A stretch of 61,116 nucleotides of DNA. Source: Ignavibacteriales bacterium (lineage in GTDB: Bacteria; Bacteroidota; Ignavibacteria; UBA10030; BY39). The translations under genes and the position numbers were made by a program. Under the pieces are notes generated by a model. The model saw nothing but the letters and a program-made list of their open reading frames with translations. It searched no databases and had not been told where the DNA came from. The stretch is taken from positions 1-61,116 of the forward strand of contig JBBINX010000006.1 of NCBI GenBank assembly GCA_037443685.1, given 5' to 3'. Shown piece by piece: positions 46,105 through 56,364 of the stretch. Each line of letters starts with the position of its first letter. The first letter of the stretch is position 1.

Positions 46105-47472
46105 ATGGATATAAAAGAAAATATTCTTAAAACAATTGGGAATACCCCTCTCGTAAAATTAAACAAAATAACGAAGGGATATAAACCGCAAATTTTAGTC
46201 AAAGTGGAATTTTTTAATCCAGGCAGCTCCGTAAAAGACCGCATAGGATTTGAAATTATCGAGGAGGCTGAGCGCGACGGACGCTTACGCTCTGGTGGAA
46301 CGATTGTAGAAGCTACTTCAGGGAATACTGGAGTTGCATTAGCTTTGGCAGCAGCTGTTAAAGGTTACAAATGTATTTTTACGATGCCCGATAAAATGAG
46401 TAATGAAAAAGTTATGTTGTTACGGGCTTTCGGTGCCGAAGTAATAATAACTCCTACTGCAGTTCCCCACGAATCACCCGAAAGTTATACTGAAGTTGCA
46501 AAAAGAATTGTTCGCGAAACCCCTAATTCGATATTAGCAAATCAATTCTTCAATCCCAAAAATCCGGAATCTCATTATAAAACTACAGGACCTGAAATAT
46601 GGGAACAAACGAACGGCAAGGTAAATTACTTCATAGATGGAGTTGGGACAGGAGGAACGATAACTGGAGTTGGAAAATTTTTAAAAGAGAAAAATCCTGA
46701 TATAAAAATTATTGTTGCAGATCCAAAGGGGTCGATTTTGAGAGAATTCCAACAAACAAAAAAAATTCCTGATACATTCAGTCCGTATAAAGTAGAAGGA
46801 ATCGGTTCCGATTGGATACCGGGAACACTCCACATTGAATATGTAGATGAGATAATTGAAGTTACCGACCGTGAATCATTTTTAATGGCACGCCGATTAA
46901 CACGTGAAGAAGGAATTTTTGCGGGGGGTTCGTCAGGCACTAACTTAGCCGCTGCTATTAAACTTGCTGCGAGGTTAACCGAGGAAGACGTTGTTATCGT
47001 ACTTCTTCCTGATACAGGCGAAAGGTATTTGAGCAAAATATATAACGATATATGGATGAGAGAAAACGGTTTTTTAATTCCTGAAAAAATTACTATGCGC
47101 GATGTACTTCAGGGAAAGGTGAAAACTCTTTCACAATTAATTTCGGTTGATCCGAGTGCTAAAGTTCAGTACGCGCTGGACATTTTTAAAAAATACGACG
47201 TATCTCAATTGCCGGTAATTGATAAAGGTAAACCAGTCGGCAGTGTTAACGATAACGAGCTGATGTCGGCTGTTCTCGAACACGCGTCACTTCTTGATAA
47301 ACCAGTTAGTCAAATCATGGAAGACACCTTCCCAATTATCGGTGCTGAAGCTCCTATCGAACATGCGGTAGAGCTATTAACAAAAAAACATTCAGCCATT
47401 CTTATTGAAGAAAAGAAAAAAATAATCGGCATAGTTACACGCTATGATGTGATTGAATATATGTCGAGATAA
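46105..47472 (+). CDS. Cystathionine beta-synthase (PLP-dependent CysK-like domain plus C-terminal CBS pair)
   Basis: GNTPLVKL, NPGSSVKDR, SGNTGVALA, GTGGTITG. C-terminal Bateman module (...LPVIDKGKPVGSVN.., IGIVTRYDV). Confidence 0.88.
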   Translation: MDIKENILKTIGNTPLVKLNKITKGYKPQILVKVEFFNPGSSVKDRIGFEIIEEAERDGRLRSGGTIVEATSGNTGVALALAAAVKGYKCIFTMPDKMSNEKVMLLRAFGAEVIITPTAVPHESPESYTEVAKRIVRETPNSILANQFFNPKNPESHYKTTGPEIWEQTNGKVNYFIDGVGTGGTITGVGKFLKEKNPDIKIIVADPKGSILREFQQTKKIPDTFSPYKVEGIGSDWIPGTLHIEYVDEIIEVTDRESFLMARRLTREEGIFAGGSSGTNLAAAIKLAARLTEEDVVIVLLPDTGERYLSKIYNDIWMRENGFLIPEKITMRDVLQGKVKTLSQLISVDPSAKVQYALDIFKKYDVSQLPVIDKGKPVGSVNDNELMSAVLEHASLLDKPVSQIMEDTFPIIGAEAPIEHAVELLTKKHSAILIEEKKKIIGIVTRYDVIEYMSR

Positions 47473-48575
47473 TGGACTTGTTCACACTCATATTATTTCT
47501 TTTAGGAATCGTTTTATTAATAATCGGGGCTGAATTATTAGTGAGAGGCGCTTCGAGAATTGCAATATTGGTTGGAGTCTCACCACTCGTTATCGGTTTA
47601 ACTGTTGTAGCGTACGGAACAAGCGCCCCCGAACTTGCTGTAGGTGTTCATTCAGCTTATATCAACCAACCTGATATTGCACTAGGCAGTGTAGTTGGTA
47701 GTAACATTTTTAATATATTTCTGATATTAGGCATTTCAGCGCTAATCACTCCGTTGATAGTTAAGCAACAATTGATAAAAATAGATGTCCCCCTAATGAT
47801 AGGAGTTTCCATCTTAGGTTGGATACTCGCTTTAGACGGCCAAATCAGCCGAATTGATGGTATCATTTTATTTTTCATCGTTATCGTTTACACGGTATTT
47901 TCTATTAGGCAAAGTCGAAAAGAAAGTAAAGCGATTAAAGAAGAGTATGAAAAGGAATTCGGCATTAAAAAAAATAAAAAGCAAGGCTCCATCACATTTC
48001 AGATAACATTAATCGTTTTAGGAGGTGCTTTGTTAGTTTTAGGTTCAAACTGGCTGGTTAAGGGCTCAGTAGAATTGGCAAAATATTTCGGTATTAGTGA
48101 ATTAGTAATCGGTTTAACGATAGTTGCAGCGGGCACTTCCTTGCCCGAAGTAGCTACATCTGTCGTAGCAGCAATCAAGGGTGAAAGAGATATCGCTGTA
48201 GGCAATGTTGTAGGCAGCAACATTTTCAACATTCTCTCAGTACTTGGGCTGACGAGTATAGTCGCACCGAATGGAATTTCAGTATCACCGGCAGCATTAA
48301 ATTTTGATATACCGATAATGACAGCAGTCGCCATTGCTTGTCTACCTATTTTTTTTACAGGCAATACTATTTCAAGATGGGAGGGTGCAGTATTTCTCGG
48401 ATATTATATTGCATATATATCATACTTAGTCTTCGAAGCAACCCAACACGATATACTGCCTACCTTCAGCAATGTAATGGTTCTTTTTATTATCCCAATC
48501 ACTGCCATCACACTCGTTATCGTGAGCTACAGAGAATTCAAACGGAGATTTAAAATTTCAATTAAAAAAAAATAA
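47472..48575 (+). CDS. CaCA family cation/Ca2+ antiporter (YrbG-like)
   Basis: Two alpha-repeats, GTSAPEL...GSNIFNI and GTSLPEV...GSNIFNI. The ATG overlaps the CBS stop (TAATG). Confidence 0.88.
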   Translation: MDLFTLILFLLGIVLLIIGAELLVRGASRIAILVGVSPLVIGLTVVAYGTSAPELAVGVHSAYINQPDIALGSVVGSNIFNIFLILGISALITPLIVKQQLIKIDVPLMIGVSILGWILALDGQISRIDGIILFFIVIVYTVFSIRQSRKESKAIKEEYEKEFGIKKNKKQGSITFQITLIVLGGALLVLGSNWLVKGSVELAKYFGISELVIGLTIVAAGTSLPEVATSVVAAIKGERDIAVGNVVGSNIFNILSVLGLTSIVAPNGISVSPAALNFDIPIMTAVAIACLPIFFTGNTISRWEGAVFLGYYIAYISYLVFEATQHDILPTFSNVMVLFIIPITAITLVIVSYREFKRRFKISIKKK

Positions 48576-48715
48576 CGACTTGCTAAGATTAAATTTAATA
48601 ATATGCCACTATATCACTAAGACATGATAACTCTTACCCGATAATAAATCGGGAGAACTCTTAATTAAAGATTTGTTTTAGTAGTAAAAAATAGAAACCG
48701 AATAGTTATAAAGGA

Positions 48716-49876
48716 ATGGGAAATATGAAAAAGAAAAACAAAGCAGGATTTTCAACAAAAGCAATTCACTCAGGACAAGAACCCGACCCCACGACTGGTG
48801 CAGTAATGACACCTGTTTATCTTACATCGACTTATGTGCAGGAAGAAATCGGCAAGCATAAGGGATATGAATATACCCGTGTGTCGAATCCCACTCGAAC
48901 AGCATTAGAAAAAAATATCGCCGCACTTGAAAACGGGAAAGAGGGATTAGCTTTTGGTTCTGGTATGGCAGCAATCGATTCGATATTCCGACTGTTAAAA
49001 ATGGGCGATCACGTTATTGTTTCACACAATGTTTACGGTGGCACATATCGCATCGCAAAAACAATCTGGGAAGATTGGCGGCTGGAGTTCGACTTCGTGG
49101 ATACTACTAACCTTGTTAATGTAAAAAAAGTTTTAAAGCAAAACACAAAAATGATTTTTATCGAAACTCCAACCAACCCGACGATGGAAATTACTAACAT
49201 CACTGCGATTGCGAAGTTAGCAAAAGCCGAAGGATTGATTTCAGTTGTGGATAATACGTTTGCGACACCGTATTTACAAAAACCACTTGAACACGGGATT
49301 GATATAGTAGTGCACTCGCTTACAAAATATCTAAACGGTCACAGCGATATGGTCGGTGGAATCATCGTTACGAGTGACCACAATATTATAGAGAGGTTGC
49401 GTTATTTCCAAAAAGCAATTGGTGCGATTTTGAGCCCATTTGATTCCTGGCTTACATTACGCGGTACGAAAACTCTTGCAGTTAGGATGAAGCATCACGG
49501 CGAAAGCGCTATGCAGGTAGCAAAATGGTTAACGAATCAGCGTGCGGTTAAAAAAGTATATTACCCAGGACTTACAACTCACCCTCAGCATAAACTTGCC
49601 AAAAAGCAAATGAAAAATTTCGGGGGTATGATTGCATTCGATTTAGGGAGTTTAGATGCAGCCAAGAAATTCTTAAAAGAAGTACGTCTTTGTGCACTTG
49701 CCGAAAGTTTAGGCGGAGTCGAAACTCTGATCTCCCACCCGGCAACGATGACACATGCTTCAATCCCGCCCGAACAACGCAAAAAAATTGGTGTTACGGA
49801 TGGTCTGGTTAGAATTTCAGTAGGACTTGAAGATGTGGATGATATAATAGCGGATTTGAAAAATGCTTTGAGTTAG
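48716..49876 (+). CDS. Cystathionine gamma-lyase / gamma-synthase family PLP enzyme
   Basis: Cys/Met-metabolism PLP family: TKAIH.G, YTRVSNPT, VVHSLTKYLNGHSD (PLP-Lys), SLGGVETLISHPA.MTHAS. Confidence 0.88.
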   Translation: MGNMKKKNKAGFSTKAIHSGQEPDPTTGAVMTPVYLTSTYVQEEIGKHKGYEYTRVSNPTRTALEKNIAALENGKEGLAFGSGMAAIDSIFRLLKMGDHVIVSHNVYGGTYRIAKTIWEDWRLEFDFVDTTNLVNVKKVLKQNTKMIFIETPTNPTMEITNITAIAKLAKAEGLISVVDNTFATPYLQKPLEHGIDIVVHSLTKYLNGHSDMVGGIIVTSDHNIIERLRYFQKAIGAILSPFDSWLTLRGTKTLAVRMKHHGESAMQVAKWLTNQRAVKKVYYPGLTTHPQHKLAKKQMKNFGGMIAFDLGSLDAAKKFLKEVRLCALAESLGGVETLISHPATMTHASIPPEQRKKIGVTDGLVRISVGLEDVDDIIADLKNALS

Positions 49877-49883
49877 ATTGTGA

Positions 49884-50261
49884 TTAACATCCCGAGCTTT
49901 TAATTTTTTTCAGTTCTTCTTTTGTGAATCTGATGAATTTATTTTTCTTATCCACTATAATAATCTTTGGCTTTATCGGTTTCTTCGAAAGCTGGAAAGT
50001 CATTATTATAATCTCATGCCCCTTTTTGATGAGATGAGCGGCGGCACCGTTCATACAAATTTTGCCAGAATCTTTAACCCCTTTGATAACATATGTTTCC
50101 AGTCTGTTGCCATTAATGTTGTCAACGACTAAAACTTTCTCGAACTCTTCAATCTCAGCTTTCTTCATCAGCGACTCATCGATAGTAATTGAGCCGACAT
50201 ATTTTAGGTTGGCTTCTGTAACGGTTGCGTTGTGAATTTTTGATTTTAGAAATATTCGCAT
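49884..50261 (-). CDS. panD: Aspartate 1-decarboxylase
   Basis: KSKIHNATVTEANLKYVGSITID (Gly-Ser self-processing site). 125 aa. Confidence 0.92.
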   Translation of the reverse strand: MRIFLKSKIHNATVTEANLKYVGSITIDESLMKKAEIEEFEKVLVVDNINGNRLETYVIKGVKDSGKICMNGAAAHLIKKGHEIIIMTFQLSKKPIKPKIIIVDKKNKFIRFTKEELKKIKSSGC

Positions 50262-50325
50262 ATTAAATTTGATATTCTTATTTTACTATAAACAATATAC
50301 AAAAAACGATATAGAAGAGCAATCA

Positions 50326-51366
50326 ATGTACAAAGGATTAATTTGTCCTAAAGGTTACAAACCCTTATTAGATATTCAGCAAACAGAGGTAGCTATTAAA
50401 TTGATTAAAGATAACTTTGAGATGATTCTTTCTGAAGAACTACGGCTCCGTCGCGTAACAGCGCCAATTTTCGTTTTAAGAGGAACCGGAATCAATGACG
50501 ATTTAACCGGTGTAGAAAGACCTGTTTCTTTTAAAATTAAACATTTGAATGACCAAGTGGCTGAAGTAGTGCATTCTTTAGCAAAGTGGAAAAGAATGAT
50601 GTTAGCCGATTATGGTATAGAAACAGGATACGGACTTTATACTGATATGAATGCCATTCGTGCCGATGAAGATTTAGATAACTTACATTCGCTATACGTT
50701 GACCAGTGGGACTGGGAGTTGAACATAAGGAAGAGCCAAAGGAATTTAGATTTTTTAAAAAGTGTTGTGAAAACAATTTATAAATCCATGAAGAGTCTGG
50801 AATTTATTGTTTACGAACATTATCCGAAAATAAAACCCACGCTGCCCGATGAAATAACTTTTATACACTCTGAAGAATTGTTAGATCGATATCCAAAGCT
50901 TACCCCTCCAAAACGAGAAATGGAAGCAGCTAAAAAGTATGGCGCGATTTTCGTTATTGGTATAGGCGGAAAACTTGCCGATGGAAAACCTCACGACGTA
51001 CGAGCCCCAGATTACGACGATTGGACAACCCCTTCTATAAAAGGTTATAAAGGTTTGAATGGTGATATTATTTTTTGGAATCCGGTATTAAAAAGTGCAT
51101 TTGAGATCTCCTCTATGGGAATTAGAGTCGATAGAAGTGCGCTTCTTAAACAATTGAAGCTTACAAATAGTGAGGAGAGGAAAAAACTTTTATTCCACAG
51201 ACGATTGTTAAACGGTGAATTACCTTTTTCAATTGGCGGAGGTATTGGTCAATCTCGGATGTGTATGTTCTTTTTAAAGAAAGCACATATAGGAGAAATT
51301 CAGGTAAGCATCTGGCCAGATGAGATGATTCAGGAATGCAAGAAGCATAATATTTTTATACTCTGA
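50326..51366 (+). CDS. asnA: Aspartate-ammonia ligase (asparagine synthetase A)
   Basis: Start reset to MYKGLICPKGY (ATG 50326). VVHSLAKWKR, LYVDQWDWE, GGGIGQSR. Confidence 0.9.
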   Translation: MYKGLICPKGYKPLLDIQQTEVAIKLIKDNFEMILSEELRLRRVTAPIFVLRGTGINDDLTGVERPVSFKIKHLNDQVAEVVHSLAKWKRMMLADYGIETGYGLYTDMNAIRADEDLDNLHSLYVDQWDWELNIRKSQRNLDFLKSVVKTIYKSMKSLEFIVYEHYPKIKPTLPDEITFIHSEELLDRYPKLTPPKREMEAAKKYGAIFVIGIGGKLADGKPHDVRAPDYDDWTTPSIKGYKGLNGDIIFWNPVLKSAFEISSMGIRVDRSALLKQLKLTNSEERKKLLFHRRLLNGELPFSIGGGIGQSRMCMFFLKKAHIGEIQVSIWPDEMIQECKKHNIFIL

Positions 51367-51635
51367 TTGGACCTAATCAACCTTGGAGAATTTAAGGTTC
51401 GTGGAGGGGAAAAAAGGAATAACGAGTAGGTTGAATTATTATTTTACTGCGAGCTTTGTGTTCACAGTTATACCTAGGTTCTTTGTGAGATGTGTCTGTC
51501 TCGTTCACAAGACAAGACATTGTCTGAAGCCGGGCGTGAAATAAACATTGCTACATTGTTCCAGTTCAGTATCGGACCTTATTCAGTTTTAGACGATTTA
51601 CAATCTTGTATCAAACTCAATTATACAAGTATAGA

Positions 51636-53060
51636 TCATCCCTTCATTACCGCAATAGGCAATAGTTTTGCAACCTTCTTTGCGATACCCGCATTATGAA
51701 CTACTTCGACGACCTCACTTACATTCTTATAAGCGTCGGGTTTTTCTTCAGTTAGCCCACTCTTTGATTGCGTGCGAACAAGAATACCTTTGTTTTTCAG
51801 TTCTTTTATTAATTCATCGGGACTTGTGTCTCGTTTCGCAGCGTGACGACTCATTGCCCTCCCGGCCCCGTGACAACACGAACCGAAAGTTTCTATCATT
51901 GCTTGTTCAGTTCCGACAAGGACATACGAGCAGGTTCCCATGCTACCGGGTATTAAAACAGGTTGTCCGTATTCTTGTAATACTTTTGGAAGAGCAGTAT
52001 GATTTTTAGGAAATGCGCGAGTTGCACCTTTACGATGAACAAGTACCCTTTTCTTTTTTCCTTCCACTTCGTGTTCCTCGAACTTTGCAATATTATGGCA
52101 AACATCGTAAACAATTTTTAAATCACCGTTTCCTAAAATTCTCTGAAATGCTTCTCGTGTCCAATGAGTTATCATCTGACGGTTGGCGAATGCAAAGTTT
52201 GCCGCCGCAGCCATTGCACTTAAATAATCTTGACCTTCTTTCGATTTTATCGGAACGCAAGCTAATTGGCGGTCGATCACACTGATACCATACTTCTTCA
52301 TTGCGTCTTGCATAGTATCGAGGTAGTCGGTGCAAACCTGATGTCCTAATCCGCGTGAACCGCTGTGAATTAGTACTGCAATCTGGTTTTTGTAAATGCC
52401 AAAATTGCGAGCGGTTTCTTCATCGTAAATTTCAGTAATAATCTGTACTTCGAGGAAATGATTGCCCGAGCCGAGTGTTCCAAGCTGATCGTGTCCACGT
52501 TCTTTTGCTCGTTTGCTGACACGCTGAGCATCGGCACCGGGAATTTTTCCGTACTCCTCAATATGGGTTAGGTCTTCGGGTTTACCGTAACCGTGTTCTA
52601 CCGCCCATGAGGCGCCGTTATTCAGTACATTTTCAAGTTCGGTTTTTGTAACTTCGAGCATACCGCTCTTACCAGTTCCGCAAGGAATGTCGCGAAAAAG
52701 TTGATTAAGAAGTTGTTCTAATTTAGATTTTACTTCACTTTCGACATAGGGTGTTGTAAGCAAGCGTACACCACAATTAATATCGAATCCCACGCCACCG
52801 GCAGAAACTATTCCCTCGTTAATGTCAGCTGCAGCAACACCGCCAATGCAAAAACCATAACCCTGATGTGCGTCCGGCATAGCAAGTGAACGGCCGACAA
52901 GACCGGGGAGCGTTGCAACATTAGCAACCTGGTCTTTAGTCTGATCTTTTTCAATGTGTTTTATCATCTCCTCATCAGCATAAACTAAACCTTCAATTCT
53001 CATACCCTGTTTATATGATTTCGGTATTAACCACCGATAGTTATCAATTTTTTGGAACAT
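51636..53060 (-). CDS. rtcB: RNA 3'-phosphate/5'-OH ligase RtcB
   Basis: MPDAHQGYG, GGVGFDINCG, GSGNHF.E, HSGSRGLGHQ, SCCHGAGR. Confidence 0.93.
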   Translation of the reverse strand: MFQKIDNYRWLIPKSYKQGMRIEGLVYADEEMIKHIEKDQTKDQVANVATLPGLVGRSLAMPDAHQGYGFCIGGVAAADINEGIVSAGGVGFDINCGVRLLTTPYVESEVKSKLEQLLNQLFRDIPCGTGKSGMLEVTKTELENVLNNGASWAVEHGYGKPEDLTHIEEYGKIPGADAQRVSKRAKERGHDQLGTLGSGNHFLEVQIITEIYDEETARNFGIYKNQIAVLIHSGSRGLGHQVCTDYLDTMQDAMKKYGISVIDRQLACVPIKSKEGQDYLSAMAAAANFAFANRQMITHWTREAFQRILGNGDLKIVYDVCHNIAKFEEHEVEGKKKRVLVHRKGATRAFPKNHTALPKVLQEYGQPVLIPGSMGTCSYVLVGTEQAMIETFGSCCHGAGRAMSRHAAKRDTSPDELIKELKNKGILVRTQSKSGLTEEKPDAYKNVSEVVEVVHNAGIAKKVAKLLPIAVMKG

Positions 53061-53086
53061 GATTCTTCTCCTTTATTAAATCATTT

Positions 53087-53506
53087 TTAAATATCTAAAT
53101 AAACTCTTATTAATCCACCGTGTTCATTTTCTTCTACAATTATTTGGTGGTAAGTAATTGCTTTTACATCCAACTTTGTCGGATGTTTACAATTGTTAAA
53201 TTTTTCTCCCTTGACTTTAGCTTTTAAATATTTCGATGTTAACTTTTCGATTTCAAAACTATTAGTTACGAAATTTTCACCATCATAAAGGAACAAAATT
53301 TCTGATAGCCATTTTACTAACAGTTGCTCATGGTCAGATGCAAAAATCTCTATAGATTTTAATTCTGTACTATCGATCTTAGAAGCATCAAGTATAAATG
53401 ATATTAAAGCGACAGCCGATTGTTCGAAAGCTTCTTTTAAATTCTTTCCATATGCTTCGATACCAATATCAGCAGGATGCTCAAGTATAATAAAACCTGT
53501 TTTCAT
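53087..53506 (-). CDS. Archease (RtcB activator)
   Basis: 139 aa. ILEHPADIGIEAYG..L.EAFE..A.AL, KAITYH. Directly upstream of rtcB on the same strand. Confidence 0.88.
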   Translation of the reverse strand: MKTGFIILEHPADIGIEAYGKNLKEAFEQSAVALISFILDASKIDSTELKSIEIFASDHEQLLVKWLSEILFLYDGENFVTNSFEIEKLTSKYLKAKVKGEKFNNCKHPTKLDVKAITYHQIIVEENEHGGLIRVYLDI

Positions 53507-53639
53507 ATAGAATTAAAATAAGAATAGAAACTGAAAATCCAAAATCTCAAATCCAGTTTCGATTTGCTTTTCCATCAGAAAATAGCGAAATTTCTAATGA
53601 AATTCAGAAAATATTAAACTAAATAGGAATTATTTTACT

Positions 53640-53978
53640 ATGAAACCGAATATTTGGATGATATTATTTTTCGCACTACTGATTGTGACGATTGTTGTCA
53701 TCGCTTATCAAGATTTAAAACGGGCCGAACAACCTTTAATCTATTATAAAGAGAAGTATGAAGCTCTTCAAAAAGGATACATTGATTTAGCAAAATCCCA
53801 TTCGTATATCCTCGAAACGATTATGAAGAATAATGTACCATTACAACAATATTTACCTGATTACAAAGATAGAATACCGGAGGAATTTTCTGAATATTTA
53901 CGCCGCAGAATTGTCGCGATGCAGTTAGAAATCGAACGGCTGAATTACGAATCACAAATAAAACACTCAAAAGAATAA
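53640..53978 (+). CDS. Hypothetical membrane-anchored protein (one N-terminal TM helix, helical C-terminal part)
   Basis: 112 aa. IWMILFFALLIVTIVVIAY hydrophobic segment. No family recognised. Confidence 0.5.
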   Translation: MKPNIWMILFFALLIVTIVVIAYQDLKRAEQPLIYYKEKYEALQKGYIDLAKSHSYILETIMKNNVPLQQYLPDYKDRIPEEFSEYLRRRIVAMQLEIERLNYESQIKHSKE

Positions 53979-54051
53979 ATCACAATAACACCAAACCAAA
54001 TATTTCTACGAGTCGAAAGATTCGTGGAGTTGTAGATATAGGAAAAAAGAT

Positions 54052-55035
54052 ATGATACCAAGTCAATTAATTACTTCAATTAAAGAGCAAGCAAAAAAAC
54101 TTAAAAAATCGATAGTACTTCCGGATGCGTTAGATGAACGTACTATAAAAGCCGCGCGGATTTTAACTGATGAAGGAATTGCAAATATAATTTTGATAGG
54201 AGACGAAAATCAAATACGCTCAAAAGCTGAAGGTGCCGATACGTTGTTATCGGGTGTTCGTGTCATTGATCCGAAAAAATCAGATAAGTTAAGCGATTTT
54301 TCGCACATCTTCTACAATCTTAGAAAAGAAAAAGGAATTACTTTCGAAGAAGCTCAGAATAAAATGACGGATTCTCTCTATTTCGGAGCGATGATGGTTC
54401 GTGAAGATATGGCCGCAGGAAGCGTTGCCGGTTCAATCTCTACAACCGGGGATGTACTCCGTGCAGCAATTCAAGTAATCGGGATGAAACCAGGTATCAG
54501 TATTGTTTCGAGCTTCTTCCTGATGGTGTTTCCGCACAAAGTATTTTCTTTCGCAGATTGCGCTGTGGTTCCTGACCCGACGGTTGAACAGCTTACCGAT
54601 ATTGCCATCTCGACTGCAGAGAATCATCAAAAACTTACGGGTGAAGAACCGCGTGTTGCAATGCTTTCGTTTTCTACGAAGGGTAGTGCAAATCATCCGT
54701 TAATAGAAAAAGTTCAACAAGCAACGACTGCGGTAAAACAAAAAGCACCGAGTCTTATTGTTGATGGTGAATTGCAACTCGATACAGCGATTGTTCCCAA
54801 AGTTGCACAATCGAAAGCACCCGGCAGTCCCGTTCAAGGAAATGCTAACGTTTTGATTTTTCCAGATTTAAACTCTGGGAATATAGGTTATAAGTTAGCT
54901 CAGCGTTTGGGTGGCGCTGAAGCAATTGGACCAATGGTGCAAGGACTAAAAAAACCCTGCTTCGATTTATCGCGCGGTTGCAGTATTAACGACATCGTAA
55001 GTACGGTGGCTATCAATTGTGTTCTTGGAGCTTGA
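54052..55035 (+). CDS. pta: Phosphate acetyltransferase (short form)
   Basis: [54 protein letters not shown]. Confidence 0.9.
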   Translation: MIPSQLITSIKEQAKKLKKSIVLPDALDERTIKAARILTDEGIANIILIGDENQIRSKAEGADTLLSGVRVIDPKKSDKLSDFSHIFYNLRKEKGITFEEAQNKMTDSLYFGAMMVREDMAAGSVAGSISTTGDVLRAAIQVIGMKPGISIVSSFFLMVFPHKVFSFADCAVVPDPTVEQLTDIAISTAENHQKLTGEEPRVAMLSFSTKGSANHPLIEKVQQATTAVKQKAPSLIVDGELQLDTAIVPKVAQSKAPGSPVQGNANVLIFPDLNSGNIGYKLAQRLGGAEAIGPMVQGLKKPCFDLSRGCSINDIVSTVAINCVLGA

Positions 55036-56195
55036 TGGTTAGCCCAACGACAATAGAGAAACCGAGATATCTATTTATTGATTTGTATCGAGGCATTGTA
55101 ATATTGGTTATGTTGCAGGGTCATACATTTAGGGCGCTTTTAGACAATAAAATTATAGAGACAGCGGTATTCCAATTTCACGATTTTTTCCACGGTGTGA
55201 GCGCCCCGGCTTTTCTTTTTGGTTCTGGTTTAACGTTTGTCCTTTCGACTCGGAAACGATGGGAAGATTATCACCATTGGGATCCTCCATTCGCTAGAAG
55301 GTTGGGAAGAATACTTTTAATATTGATACTTGGTTATGCTCTTCATTTGCCGTTTATGTCGGCTCGGAAATTAATATTAGAAGCTTCGACAACCGATTAT
55401 TTAAAATTTTTTCAAAGTGATGTTCTGCAATGCATCGGATTCGGTTTACTCGTGCTGCATGGTTTAATTTTCTTTTTTAAAACAGAGAGAAGATTTTACG
55501 GACTCGTACTTGCTGCGACGATCGCAATTCCCTTATTGACGCCTTTGATTTGGGATATTGATTTTCTAAAATATTATCCTCCTTTTATTGCACAACTACT
55601 GAACAACGCAAATGGTTCGATATTTCCTTTATTTCCGTTTGTAGGTTTTTTGTTTGCCGGTGTAATTGTTTCTTGGGAATTTATGCTAGCAGTAGAACAC
55701 AAACGCGAGAAAAGTTTTATGCGAAGATTTTTCTTTTTAGGTCCCGTTTTTATAATAGTCGGGTTATTATTAGATGCTGTCCCATTTCAACTTTATCCCA
55801 CATATAACTTCTGGTACACTAGCCCGAGTTATTTTACGATCCGAGTCGGTGCATTACTTCTGATAATTGGCATAATCTGGTTCATCGTCGATAAGAAAAA
55901 AATACCTCCTCGCTGGATTACAATTTTAGGAAAGGAATCTTTGCTTATATACGTGGTTCACCTTGTCTTACTCTACGGGTCGGTTATTAACCCACGTTTT
56001 AGTATTACATATTTATTCGGCTCAAATCTGAATATTTTTCAAACTGTTATAATATTCGTCGTTTTTTCATCAACTATGATAGGTTTAGCTTTCGGCTGGG
56101 ATTACTTAAAAAGAAAAAAATATAAAATTTACAGAATAATTCAACTCGCTAGTGCTGCAATTTTTTTAACAGTATTTTTTTCGTTAGAGTATTAG
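55035..56195 (+). CDS. DUF1624 (heparan-alpha-glucosaminide N-acetyltransferase-like) membrane acyltransferase
   Basis: Start at MVSPTT (ATG 55035, overlapping the pta TGA). IDLYRGIVILVMLQGH opening typical of DUF1624. About 10 TM segments. Confidence 0.7.
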   Translation: MVSPTTIEKPRYLFIDLYRGIVILVMLQGHTFRALLDNKIIETAVFQFHDFFHGVSAPAFLFGSGLTFVLSTRKRWEDYHHWDPPFARRLGRILLILILGYALHLPFMSARKLILEASTTDYLKFFQSDVLQCIGFGLLVLHGLIFFFKTERRFYGLVLAATIAIPLLTPLIWDIDFLKYYPPFIAQLLNNANGSIFPLFPFVGFLFAGVIVSWEFMLAVEHKREKSFMRRFFFLGPVFIIVGLLLDAVPFQLYPTYNFWYTSPSYFTIRVGALLLIIGIIWFIVDKKKIPPRWITILGKESLLIYVVHLVLLYGSVINPRFSITYLFGSNLNIFQTVIIFVVFSSTMIGLAFGWDYLKRKKYKIYRIIQLASAAIFLTVFFSLEY

Positions 56196-56266
56196 AATTG
56201 GAAATGATTAAGATATTTCTTATACTACTCCCGCTCAAGACGGTTTGACTATATTCCAATCCCTTT

Positions 56267-56325
56267 TATGAGTACTAATAATGGGAGAGAGTTTTAAAGC
56301 CATGATATACCATCTTGTACTCATA
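56267..56325 (+). promoter_or_regulatory. Leader hairpin (perfect 9-bp stem tatgagtac / gtactcata, 41-nt loop) upstream of the RRM gene
   Basis: Read directly. Ends 40 nt before the ATG at 56365. Confidence 0.35.
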
Positions 56326-56364
56326 TAATAAATAATTTTAAAAATTTTTTTAAAGGAATTAACA

